Below are positions 16,042 through 25,900 of a stretch of 64,000 nt of DNA, in pieces. The notes beneath the pieces are model-generated. The model was given only the letters and a program-made list of their open reading frames with translations, was not told the origin of the DNA and ran no database searches. Location of the stretch: assembly GCA_046733215.1 (NCBI GenBank), contig JBKPOS010000099.1, forward strand, positions 1,545 to 65,544, in the 5' to 3' direction. How positions within the stretch are numbered: position 1 is the stretch's first letter; each line of letters starts with the position of its first letter. This DNA is from Gemmatimonadota bacterium. GTDB taxonomy: Bacteria; Gemmatimonadota; Gemmatimonadetes; Gemmatimonadales; GWC2-71-9. The position numbers and the translations under genes are program-made.

Positions 16042-17895
16042 ATGACGGTCGGGATCGCCTATCTCGACGGGCCGCGGCTCGCCCGCTCGCTCTTCGCCGC
16101 TGCCGACTGGGTGGCGGCCGGCCGGGACGAGATCAATCGGATCAACGTCTTCCCGGTCCCGGACGGGGACACCGGCACCAACTTCAGCCTCACCTTACGC
16201 GCAGTCGCCGATGCGCTCCGTGCGCTCGGCGACGCATCGCTTCCGGAGACCGCCAACACCGCCGCCCGGGCGGCCGTCCTCGGCGCGCGAGGCAACTCCG
16301 GGATGATGCTCGCCCATTTCCTGATGGGATTTGCCGAGTCGATCGGCGACCGACGTCACGCGAGCACGACCGATATCGCTACGGCGCTTCGCCGGGGCGC
16401 CGATCGGCTCTACGAGTCGCTGGACGATCCTCGCGAGGGAACGATTCTCACCGTCGCGCGAGAGGCGGCCGCTGCCGCCGAGCGGGCCGCGGCGGACTGC
16501 GAGGACATCAGCGAATTCATGAGCCGTCTGCTAGCCGAAGCGGAGCAAGCCCTCGCTCGGACGCCGGAGCTGATGACGGTGCTCAAGGAAGCGGGAGTTG
16601 TGGACGCAGGCGGCAAGGGCTTCGTGCGGATGATCGAAGGCGTGGTCCGGTTCATCGAGGGGGATCCGATCCTTCCCGCCGCGGCCGAGGTGGGTCCGCC
16701 GGTAACGATTCCCGCAGCACTGATCGAGGTCGCCGCCGAGCGCGATTTCCAGTATTGCACCGAGGTGCTGGTCCGGGGAGCACAGCTCCCGCCGGCCAAC
16801 GAAGTGCGGGCGGCGATGCACAATTTCGGCGGTTCGGTGCAGGTTGCCGTGATGAGCGATGTGCTCAAGGTCCATGTGCACACTGATACGCCCGAGGCCG
16901 TCTTTAGTTATGCCGCGCGCTGGGGGCGGATCGAGACCACCAAGTCTGAAGACATGCGGGCCCAGCATCGGAAGCTCTCGCATGACACTCGGCGCCCGGT
17001 TGCGGTGGTGGTGGACAGCTCGGCGGATCTCTCGGACGCCATCCTGGACCGGCACCACATCGCGATCGTGCCGCTCCAGGTCGTCTTCGGCAACGAAACC
17101 TTTCGTGATCGCGTACAACTGAGGCCAGACGAGTTCTATAGCCGCCTGCGCAGCGCGAAGGATCTGCCGACCACGTCTCAGCCCGCTCCCGCCGAGTTTG
17201 TGCGGGTTTTCCGCGACGCTCTGCAGGAGGCGGATGAAGTCGTTGCGGTGGTGCTGGCAGGCGCTCTGTCGGGAACGCACCAGGCCGGCGTGGCGGCGGT
17301 CAAGGCGGCAGGGCTATCCAATGTTATTGTGGTGGATAGCGCCAGCGTCTCGCTCGGAGCGGGCATGCTGGCGCTCCGGGCCGCTGAGCTCGCCGAGTCG
17401 GGCTGGCGCTCACCGGACATCGCGACCGAGTTGGAGCGGCTCAAGGGCCAGTCGGGCGCGCTCATCACGGTGGACCGGTACGACAACCTACTCCGGTCAG
17501 GCCGGGTGACACGGGGCAAAGCATGGGTCGCGGGCCTTCTGGACGTAAAGCCCATCCTCTCGCTGGACTCGGCCGGGAGAGTGGTACCGGTCGATCGGGT
17601 TCGGGGACGAGAGAACGTGGCCCCCAGAGTACTGTCCCTTCTGGAGCGCCGTCTTACCCCTCGTCCCAAAGCCGTGCGGTTCGGGGTCGCCCACGCAGAC
17701 GCGCCGGACGTGGCCGAGCGCGTACGCACGGCGTTGGTTGCAGCATACCGGCCGCGAGACTGCTTCGTCTCGATGGCCACGGGGGTGCTCGGGACCCATG
17801 TGGGAGAAGGCGCCTGGGGCGTCTTCTATCAGATAGAAGACGGCACTCCGACCCTGCTGGAGCGAGGCAGAGTGAGCGGAGACTGGCCGGCGTGA
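16042..17895 (+). CDS. DAK2 (DhaL/FakA-like) domain fused to a DegV (FakB-like) fatty-acid-binding domain
   Basis: N-terminal VFPVPDGDTGTNFSLTL and ARGNSGMML (Dak2). C-terminal VAVVVDSSADLSDAILDRHHIAIVPLQVVFGNETFRD...LPTTSQPAPAEF (DegV). Start trimmed to ATG 16042. Confidence 0.8.
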   Translation: MTVGIAYLDGPRLARSLFAAADWVAAGRDEINRINVFPVPDGDTGTNFSLTLRAVADALRALGDASLPETANTAARAAVLGARGNSGMMLAHFLMGFAESIGDRRHASTTDIATALRRGADRLYESLDDPREGTILTVAREAAAAAERAAADCEDISEFMSRLLAEAEQALARTPELMTVLKEAGVVDAGGKGFVRMIEGVVRFIEGDPILPAAAEVGPPVTIPAALIEVAAERDFQYCTEVLVRGAQLPPANEVRAAMHNFGGSVQVAVMSDVLKVHVHTDTPEAVFSYAARWGRIETTKSEDMRAQHRKLSHDTRRPVAVVVDSSADLSDAILDRHHIAIVPLQVVFGNETFRDRVQLRPDEFYSRLRSAKDLPTTSQPAPAEFVRVFRDALQEADEVVAVVLAGALSGTHQAGVAAVKAAGLSNVIVVDSASVSLGAGMLALRAAELAESGWRSPDIATELERLKGQSGALITVDRYDNLLRSGRVTRGKAWVAGLLDVKPILSLDSAGRVVPVDRVRGRENVAPRVLSLLERRLTPRPKAVRFGVAHADAPDVAERVRTALVAAYRPRDCFVSMATGVLGTHVGEGAWGVFYQIEDGTPTLLERGRVSGDWPA

Positions 17896-18242
17896 CGCCT
17901 CCGCTTCCGGAGGCGCTGGGGCTTGCGGTCGAAGCCATTGACGATCTGAAAGGCGTGCAACCGGTGGTGCTGGACCTGCGCGGCTTGAGTAACGCAACCG
18001 ATTTTTTCGTGATCGCCTCCGGCACGTCCGATGCACACGTGCGCGGCATCGCGGAGAACGTGATGGAGCGGCTCGGGCGTCGGGGCCACCGGACCCACCA
18101 CGTCGAAGGGCTGGGTGGTCGCTGGGTGCTGCTCGATTTCGTGGATTTTGTGATTCACCTCTTTCATCCGGAGACCCGGGCATTCTATCAACTGGAGCGA
18201 CTGTGGGGAGACGCCCCCGAGCTCCTGATCCGGTCTTCGTAA
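17892..18242 (+). CDS. rsfS: Ribosome silencing factor RsfS (iojap family)
   Basis: GTG 17892 overlaps the preceding stop (GTGA). VVLDLRGLSNATDFFVIASGTSDAHVRGIAENV...WVLLDFVDFVIHLFHPETRAFYQLERLW. Confidence 0.8.
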   Translation: MTPPLPEALGLAVEAIDDLKGVQPVVLDLRGLSNATDFFVIASGTSDAHVRGIAENVMERLGRRGHRTHHVEGLGGRWVLLDFVDFVIHLFHPETRAFYQLERLWGDAPELLIRSS

Positions 18243-18256
18243 GCGGGGTTCGATCT

Positions 18257-21200
18257 ATGGTTCGTCGCTGCACCGTGGCCCTGGCCCTCCTTCTCGGAAC
18301 ACCTGCGCTGTTGGAGGCCCAGTACTACTTCGGCCAGAACAAGGTCCAGTACGAATCGTTCGACTGGAAGATCATTCAGACCGAACACTTCGACGTGCAT
18401 TTTTACCCCGCTGAACGCGAGGCGGCCATGGACGCTGCCCGCATTGCGGAGCGGTCGTACGCCCGATTGTCGAAAGTGCTCGGCCACCGCTTCCGGGAGC
18501 GGAAGGTGATCATCCTCTACGCCTCCCATTCCGATTTCTCGCAGACCAACACCACCGAAGGCGACGTGGGCGAGGGCACCGGCGGCTTCACCGACTTCTT
18601 CAAGCAGCGAAACATCATGCCGCTGACGGGAGCCTACGCGGATATCGATCACGTCCTCACCCACGAAATGACGCACCAGTTCCAACTGGACGTCTTTTCC
18701 AGCGGACGGGGCGGTTCGGCGCTCCAGGGCGTGCTCCAAGTGCAGCCGCCACTCTGGTTCATGGAGGGCATGGCGGAGTACATGTCGCTGGGCAAGGTCA
18801 CGCCGGAGACCGCGATGTGGCTCCGGGATGCTGCGCTCCAGAACAAGCTCCCCACCATCGAGCAGCTGACCTATGACCCGCGGATTTTCCCCTACCGCTA
18901 TGGCCACGCCCTCTGGGCCTACATCGGCGAGCGGTGGGGCGACGAGGCCATTGGCGACATCCTTCGAGGCACCGTGGAGGGCGGCGGCGGAATCGAAGGG
19001 TCGATCAAGCGCGTAACCGGTCTGAGCCTCCAGCAACTATCGGTTCAGTGGCGCGATGCCGTGAACGCGAAATACCTACCCGAGGTCGGATCCCGGGTGC
19101 GCGCACGCGCCGTGTCGCAGAACCTTCTCGACGAGAAGAAGGATCGGGGGACGCTGCACTTGGCGCCGGCGTTGTCACCGGATGGGAGTCAGGTGGTTTA
19201 CTTCGGGGAGCATGACTGGTTCTTCGTCGATATGTGGCTCGCGGATGGAAAGACCGGCGAGACCAAGCGACGGATCCTCAAATCCACCCAGTCGAGCAAC
19301 TACGAGACCTACCGGTTCATCAACTCGCAGGCTAACTGGTCGGCTGACGGCAAGTACCTCGCATTCGCCGCCAAGCGGGGACCGCGCGACGTCATCGTCA
19401 TCGTCGACGTGAAGCGAAACCACGAAGTGAAGCAGATAGATGTAAAGCTGAACGGCATCACCACGCCTTCGTGGAGTCCGGACGGTGAGCAACTGGTATT
19501 CACCGGGTACGACGGGGGCATCACCGATCTATTCATCGTTAATCGTGACGGCAGCGGCTTGAAGCGGCTCACGGAGGACAAGTACGCCGACCTCCATCCG
19601 GTCTGGTCCCCAGATGGCAAGACCATCGCCTTCGCCACCGATCGAGGACCCAAGACCGACTTCCGAACTCTGAAGTACGGCAACTATCGCATCGCCGTGT
19701 ATCATCTCGATACCGGCGTGATCGATGTGCTGCCGCACATGGACGAAGGAAAGAATGTGAGCCCGCAATGGGCTCCGGATGGACAATCACTTGCGTTCGT
19801 GTCTGACCGGAATGGCGTGAGCAACGTCTTCCTGTACGACTTCACCACCAAGAACATCTATCAGCTGACCGACTTCTATACCGGCGTGCAGGGGATCACA
19901 CCGCTCTCGCCGGTCCTTTCCTGGGCCGCGGGCGCCGATCGGCTGGCATTTCAGTACTACGAGGACGGGAAATACGACGTCTACACACTGGACAATCCAC
20001 GGAGCCTCAAGCGGTCGCCGTACAGCCCCGTCCTTGCCGACACCATGAACACTGCGCTGGGGCTTCCCAGCGATACCAACGTCGCACGGATCGATCGGAA
20101 TGCCCAGGTCGGCGAGGGCGGCTCGATCTATCGCAGTCCGCAGGGCTTCCGGCCCTCGGCCGACCTTGGCCGCGCCAGCGATACGTCCAAGTATGTGGCT
20201 CCGGTGACCGTTGCAGCACTGCTCGATTCCGCCAATTACGCGCTGCCCGATACCAGCGAATTCTCGATCAAACCCTATAAGATCGGATTCTCAGCCGACT
20301 ACGTGGCACGCCCCCAGGTCGGCTATGTGCGGGACAACTTCGGTCAGGGCTTTTATGGCGGCAGCGCAATTACGATGAGCGACATGCTGGGCAACCATCA
20401 GCTCGGCTTTGGGCTCGCCGTCAACGGCCGAATCGACGAAGCGTATGCCATCGCGGCCTACACCAATCTCACGCACCGTCTCAACTGGAGTGTGGGGCTG
20501 TCGCAGCAGCCGTACTTCTATTTCGCGCAGGCCGGCTACTCGCAGGACCCCAACACGGGCGAGCCGCTCTATATCGAACAGATTCGCCGGCTGGTCTACC
20601 GGTCGGCTTTCATCCAGGCGCAGTATCCTTTGAGCCGGTTTTCCCGAATCGAGATGGGCTTCGAGGCCACCAGTGCCGATGACGCGATCTATCAGACCAT
20701 TGTCCCGCTCATCTCCGACATAACCCAGCAAAAGATCGGGCTCGGTACGCATAACTACGTGGCGCCGCGGCTCGCGCTGGTCCACGACAACTCAGTTCAA
20801 GGCTATATCGGTCCCTGGGCGGGCCGCCGATCGCGGTTTGAAATCTCCCAGGCTGTCGGCGGCTGGCGTTTCACGCAGCTTACCGCTGACTATCGACGCT
20901 ACGACAAGATCGCCGGCCCGGTCCTCTTGGCCACCCGGGCGCTCATGTTTGGACGGTTCGGGCGCGACGCATCGCTGATTCAGAACTTCATCGGGGACCC
21001 GAGCTTCCTCCGCGGGCAAACGTCGGGCTCCTATAGCCGGAACGAGTGCACCAGCGCCCTCTCAGCACCGCCGCCTACGGGCTCCGCGAGCGGTTGCGTT
21101 GCCCTGGACCGCCTGATTGGGGAGCGGATGGCACTAGGATCGGCGGAGATTCGATTCCCGATTCTAACGCGCCAGGTCATCCATACGTTGCCAAACGCGG

Positions 21201-21442
21201 TGCCGCCCATCGAAGGAGCAATCTTTTACGACGTCGGGATCGCCTGGAACAACGGCAACACGTTGAGGTGGAGCCTCCAGCCCGGTGACAACCCGGAGTT
21301 CGTGCGGACTCCACTTCAGTCTTACGGCTTTTCGGTCCGGACCAATCTCTTTGGCTTCATGATTCTCCGGCTGGATATGGCACGACCGCTGGATCGAGCC
21401 ATCAAGAGCCTCTGGACGCTGAGCCTCGGACCGACCTGGTAA
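18257..21442 (+). CDS. Large outer-membrane protein: N-terminal HExxH peptidase-like module + TolB-like PD40 beta-propeller + C-terminal Omp85/surface-antigen-type beta-barrel
   Basis: Signal peptide MVRRCTVALALLLGTPALLEAQ. LTHEMTHQF plus WFMEGMAEYMS. Five PD40-type repeats (LSPDGSQVVYF, WSADGKYLAFA, WSPDGEQLVFT, WSPDGKTIAFA, WAPDGQSLAFV). The C-terminal ~400 aa have an alternating beta-strand pattern and end LWTLSLGPTW (terminal aromatic). Confidence 0.75.
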   Translation: MVRRCTVALALLLGTPALLEAQYYFGQNKVQYESFDWKIIQTEHFDVHFYPAEREAAMDAARIAERSYARLSKVLGHRFRERKVIILYASHSDFSQTNTTEGDVGEGTGGFTDFFKQRNIMPLTGAYADIDHVLTHEMTHQFQLDVFSSGRGGSALQGVLQVQPPLWFMEGMAEYMSLGKVTPETAMWLRDAALQNKLPTIEQLTYDPRIFPYRYGHALWAYIGERWGDEAIGDILRGTVEGGGGIEGSIKRVTGLSLQQLSVQWRDAVNAKYLPEVGSRVRARAVSQNLLDEKKDRGTLHLAPALSPDGSQVVYFGEHDWFFVDMWLADGKTGETKRRILKSTQSSNYETYRFINSQANWSADGKYLAFAAKRGPRDVIVIVDVKRNHEVKQIDVKLNGITTPSWSPDGEQLVFTGYDGGITDLFIVNRDGSGLKRLTEDKYADLHPVWSPDGKTIAFATDRGPKTDFRTLKYGNYRIAVYHLDTGVIDVLPHMDEGKNVSPQWAPDGQSLAFVSDRNGVSNVFLYDFTTKNIYQLTDFYTGVQGITPLSPVLSWAAGADRLAFQYYEDGKYDVYTLDNPRSLKRSPYSPVLADTMNTALGLPSDTNVARIDRNAQVGEGGSIYRSPQGFRPSADLGRASDTSKYVAPVTVAALLDSANYALPDTSEFSIKPYKIGFSADYVARPQVGYVRDNFGQGFYGGSAITMSDMLGNHQLGFGLAVNGRIDEAYAIAAYTNLTHRLNWSVGLSQQPYFYFAQAGYSQDPNTGEPLYIEQIRRLVYRSAFIQAQYPLSRFSRIEMGFEATSADDAIYQTIVPLISDITQQKIGLGTHNYVAPRLALVHDNSVQGYIGPWAGRRSRFEISQAVGGWRFTQLTADYRRYDKIAGPVLLATRALMFGRFGRDASLIQNFIGDPSFLRGQTSGSYSRNECTSALSAPPPTGSASGCVALDRLIGERMALGSAEIRFPILTRQVIHTLPNAVPPIEGAIFYDVGIAWNNGNTLRWSLQPGDNPEFVRTPLQSYGFSVRTNLFGFMILRLDMARPLDRAIKSLWTLSLGPTW

Positions 21443-21462
21443 GCTGAACCTCAAGCGGCTCA

Positions 21463-21500
21463 ACGGGGACTTCCGACGGGAGTCCCCCGTTTGCCGTTTA
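21463..21500 (+). terminator. Intrinsic terminator after the outer-membrane protein gene
   Basis: ACGGGGACT-TCCGACGGG-AGTCCCCCGT hairpin, followed by TTTGCCGTTTA. Confidence 0.6.
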
Positions 21501-21531
21501 CCGATCACCCCTGTTCATCTAGTTTTCTGTT

Positions 21532-22914
21532 GTGCTCCCCAGATCCATCACCGGTGCGGTGCTCGTGGTCGCCGCTTGCGGTGGGACCGACCGTCCCGTC
21601 TCCCGGCTTCCCGACAGCCCCCGCGCGGCGACTCCGGCCAGCGTGCTTCGACTCCCGCAATCGGGTGGTCAGGCACATCTGTACCGGGTGCCGGGCCTCG
21701 ATGAGTCCAGCTGGAAAGAGGCCGACAAGCTTCCCGCCATGAAGCGGCTGGTCGGCACCGATCTCGAGCAGGAGATCGTTTATGCGCTGGACGCGAAGAA
21801 CAACCTGGTAGGTCTGGATCTCGAATCCCGGAGAGCGCGCACGGTCCTGACCGATATTCGTGAGGCTGCGGTCGGACCCGACGGCGCCGTGTACGCCGTG
21901 GACACCGGAGCGACCGTCACCCAGATCATCCGGCGCAGTCCAGTTCGCTTTCGGACCAAGCTGGCCGGCGCCTCCCGCGGCCTTTACGGGACCATGAACG
22001 GTACCCTGGTCGCGCTTCCTGCTGCCGAGCGGGGACAGGCCATGGCGCTCACACCCGATCAGGCTCAGGGTCGCACCACGCTGCCGGCGGGAAGTGCTGC
22101 CGCGACCTATCTGGGCGACCTGGTCGCGGTGGCAGCCGACACCGCCGTCGTCCTGTACGAGCCGACGGCGAAACAGCCAGTACGGTCCATTGAAGTCAGT
22201 GGGCAGGTGCGCGCGGTCGCGTTCTCGCCATCGGGGCACCGACTCTACGTTGCCCGGGGCAAGGGTGACATTCAGGTGTTCGATCGGCTGAGCAGCGAGC
22301 TGATCGCGAGTATCGATCTGCCCGGCCCGGCCCGCGACCTTCGGAGCGATTTCTTCGGGAGCTGGCTGCTCGCACGGCCGGAGCGGGCCGACTCGGTCTG
22401 GATCGTGGATGCGACGACGGGCAAACTCGCGGGAACCGTCCAGACCCGCTGGGGTTCCGATCTCCCCTCGGTGGCCGGCACAAAGACTCTGCTGATGCGC
22501 GCGGGTCCGGACGTGAAGGCTCTCGATTTGGCAAGCAAGAAGCTGACAACTACCGGCTCAGTGGCTGGAGGCGCGGAAGACCTGTGGCTTCCGTTGTCGT
22601 GGCTTCCGCCGCTGGAGCAGCAGCAGTTGGCCGAGAATACCGACAGCACCGCGCCGGCCGCCGACTCGGGCGCCGGTGTGCCGGGAATCTTCCTTCAGGT
22701 GAGCAGCTCCCGAAATCCATCCTGGGCCAATGAGCTTGCCGGAAAGTTGAAAGCCGCCGGCCTGCCGGCCTCGGTGCTCCCGCCCAAGACCGGCGAAGAT
22801 GCGTATCGCGTCGTGCTTGGCCCCTACGCCAGCCGCGACCAGGCTGAAGCAACCGGCCGGAGTCTTGGCATGCCTTCGTTCGTGATTACTCCGCAGGACC
22901 AGGCCCCGCAATGA
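21532..22914 (+). CDS. SPOR-domain lipoprotein
   Basis: GTG start. Lipobox-like MLPRSITGAVLVVAAC-GG. C-terminal SPOR fold sequence IFLQVSSSRNPSWANELAGKLKAAGLPASVLPPKTGEDAYRVVLGPYASRDQAEATGRSLG. Confidence 0.7.
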   Translation: MLPRSITGAVLVVAACGGTDRPVSRLPDSPRAATPASVLRLPQSGGQAHLYRVPGLDESSWKEADKLPAMKRLVGTDLEQEIVYALDAKNNLVGLDLESRRARTVLTDIREAAVGPDGAVYAVDTGATVTQIIRRSPVRFRTKLAGASRGLYGTMNGTLVALPAAERGQAMALTPDQAQGRTTLPAGSAAATYLGDLVAVAADTAVVLYEPTAKQPVRSIEVSGQVRAVAFSPSGHRLYVARGKGDIQVFDRLSSELIASIDLPGPARDLRSDFFGSWLLARPERADSVWIVDATTGKLAGTVQTRWGSDLPSVAGTKTLLMRAGPDVKALDLASKKLTTTGSVAGGAEDLWLPLSWLPPLEQQQLAENTDSTAPAADSGAGVPGIFLQVSSSRNPSWANELAGKLKAAGLPASVLPPKTGEDAYRVVLGPYASRDQAEATGRSLGMPSFVITPQDQAPQ

Positions 22915-22948
22915 GGCCTGGACGCACCCCGACCACAGGATGCCCTGC

Positions 22949-25900
22949 ATGAAGCTCACCAAGCTTGAGCTCTCCGGCTTCAAGTCGTTCGCCGACACCG
23001 TCACGCTGGACTTCGAGGAAGGGGTCGCCGCCATCGTCGGCCCCAATGGCTGCGGCAAGTCGAACGTCTCGGATGCGGTTCGCTGGGTGCTGGGTGAACA
23101 GTCCGCCCGCCTGCTTCGCGGCGGGAAGATGGAAGACGTCATCTTCCAGGGCTCCGCGAATCGGCGCCCGGTCAACGTGACCGAAGTCGCCTTGTATCTC
23201 GACAACACCGACGGAGCCCTGCCCATTGCCTACCAGGAGGTCGTCATCGCGCGCCGGCTCTCGCGATCGGGGCAAAGCGACTACCTGCTCAACGGCACGG
23301 TCGTGCGGCTGCGTGACATCCAGGACCTGCTGCGTGGGACCGGGTTAGGCAGCGATGCTGGGGTCGTGATCGAGGCCGAGATGATCAAGCTGCTTCTGTC
23401 CGACCGGGCGGATGAGCGGCGCTCGCTGTTCGAGGAAGCGGCCGGGATCGGGCTTTACCGTGACCGCAAGCATTCCACTGAGCGCCGACTGGAGGAAACC
23501 GCAGCGGACCTGCAGCGGGTCGAGGACCTCCTGAACGAGGTACAGTCCCAGATCCGAAGCCTCGCTCGGCAGAAGGGCAAGGCGGAGCGCTCCGCCAAGC
23601 TCCTGGAGGAAAAATTCGCGGTGCAGGTCACCCTCGCCCGACGCCAGCTCGATCAGCTTGCGGAACGGACCGACGGACTCGAGGCCCGCTTCAATCAGCT
23701 GAGCGACGTGTTACCGGCTGAGCGGGAGGGAGTAGGACGAGCTGGCGAGCGTCGCGAAGAGACCGCGCGCGCAAGAACCGCCGCCGAGGTACACCGGACC
23801 GAGATTGCGCGCCGCCTGGGTGCCGTTCGGGTGGAAGTCGAGAAGCTGGATGGTGACCTGGCGCTCGCCGCGGAGCGACTCGGCACGGCCACTAGTCGAC
23901 GTACGAAGGCGCTGGAGGAGCGGACCCAGACGGAGCTGCGGGCGGCGCTCGCACTAACCGAGCGTGACGCTGCCGCTGCCGACCGCGCCGCCGCGGAGGC
24001 CGAGCATGCGAACATCAATGTCGAAGTCGCCAGCCGTACCGCCGACGAGGAGAGCGGGCGCCAGAGGCTGGTGGACCAGCGGACTGCCGTGCGACAGCTG
24101 GAAGAAGACCTTCAGTCGAGGGCCCAGGCCGTTCGCTCACTGGAAGGTGAGCGGACGGCACTCGAAGGAGAGCTGGCATCGCTCCGTGATCGCGCGGCGC
24201 AGGCCGTGGCCCATCGTGAGGGGCTCCGGTCAGAGCTCGAGGCAGCCGAGCGCCGCCGCGACCACGCGATCGAGCAGGCCGCATTCCGAACCCACGAGAT
24301 GCGGCGCGCCGCCGGTGAAACCGATCGTGCGCGGCATCGGGTTGCGGAAGCTCGCGAGCGCGAGGCGCTGCTGCGGTCGCAGCGACGCCAGGCCGAAGAG
24401 GCCCTGGCGCAAACGACAGCGCGTCGCGAGGCGTTGCAGGAACTAGAGCGGGAACGGGTCGGTCTCGCACCGGGCGCAGCGGCCCTGCTGGCGGCACGAG
24501 ATCAGTTTGGTGACGCCGTACTTGGGCCACTCAGTGACTTCGTACGTACACCACCGGAACATGCGGAGCTGGCGGAGCGACTGCTGGGCGGATGGACCCA
24601 CGCGATTCTGGTCCGAGATGCCGCCGCCGTCGAAGCCATCCGCCGCTGGCATGCGGAGCAGCAGCCTGGAGCCCTGGTTCTGCTGCCCGCGGACCCCGGT
24701 CCGCAAGCTCCGGTTGGCGCCCCACCGACCGATGGCCAACTCGAAGCCGAGGGGCCGGCAGCCGCCTGGCTCCGGACGGCGCTCGCAGGGTCACAGGTTC
24801 TCGATGATACGGGGCGGGTTCTCCGGCGAGCCAGCGGGGCGATCCTTCTCGGCGGTGCCGCCGCTCCGTCCGGCCCGCTGCGCCGCCGGGCCGAGTTGGA
24901 GGGCCTGGTGCACGAAGCCGAGCTTGCCAGCATTGCCCTTGGCTCGGCCGAGGCCGACCTGGGTGGAGCCCTGAGCCGCCTCGCGACCCTGGAAGAAACG
25001 CTCACTCACGCGACCGGTGCGGTGGAACGCGCGCGGGAAACCGAACGTGCGGCGCTCGCGGCCCAAGACGACGCCGCGCGCTTCGTCAACAACCTCGCAA
25101 GAGAGTTGGCCACGGCAGATGCGGAAGTCGCTCGGCTTACTGATCGCATCGAGCGGGCGGAACAGCGCCTGGTTGAAGTAGATGTCGCCATGGTCGAGGG
25201 CGACGTCACTCGGGCGCGCCTGGGCGAAGAGCTGGGAGCCGCCCGCGCCGGCTTGTCCGAGCTCGAGACCGTGCAGGAAGGAACTCGCGAGAAGCGTGCT
25301 CAATGGCAGGTTCAGGAGGCGCACGTCGCGGCTCGGCTCCGCGCGGCGACGGAACGGTGGGAGAGAGCCCAGGCGACTCAGGTCGAGGCTGCCACCGGCG
25401 TCCACGCGCTCACTGACGAGCTGGCTCAGCTCGATCTCGACTGCACCGCGCTCTCGGCTCAGCAAGCGCAGTGGCAGGAGGCGCGGGCCGAGCGTCGTGT
25501 GGCGCTGCTCGAGCTGGAAACGGCGGATACCGAGGCGGGAGCTGCCCTGGAAGCAGCGGAACGGGCTCTCGAGTGGGCCGAGCGGGATGTAACGACGCAG
25601 CGCAGCCTGGTGGAGGCCCACGGCGAGGAAAGCCACCGGCTGCAGATCGAGCTGACCGAAGCGACAGGCCTCCGGCGCAACATTGTCGAGCGTATCGAAG
25701 CCGAGTGGCGGAAGTCGATTGATCAGCTCCTGGAAGAGGCACCCCGGCTCGAGCTTGATCTGGATACCCTCGAGTCGGAGTCCATTCGGATAGCGAGTGC
25801 GCTCGAAGCGATCGGACCAGTCAACCCCCTGGCGATGGAAGAGCACGCCGAGGAGGTCAAACGGTTCGAGTTTCTCTCGGGACAGCGGGACGATCTGGTC

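Noticed and set aside
23695-25846. Several long antisense or off-frame ORFs inside smc (e.g. 24791..25846 minus, 351 aa)
   Set aside because: The smc frame is continuous, with Walker A/B, signature motif and coiled coils. The others are compositional artefacts of repetitive Ala/Glu/Arg codons.
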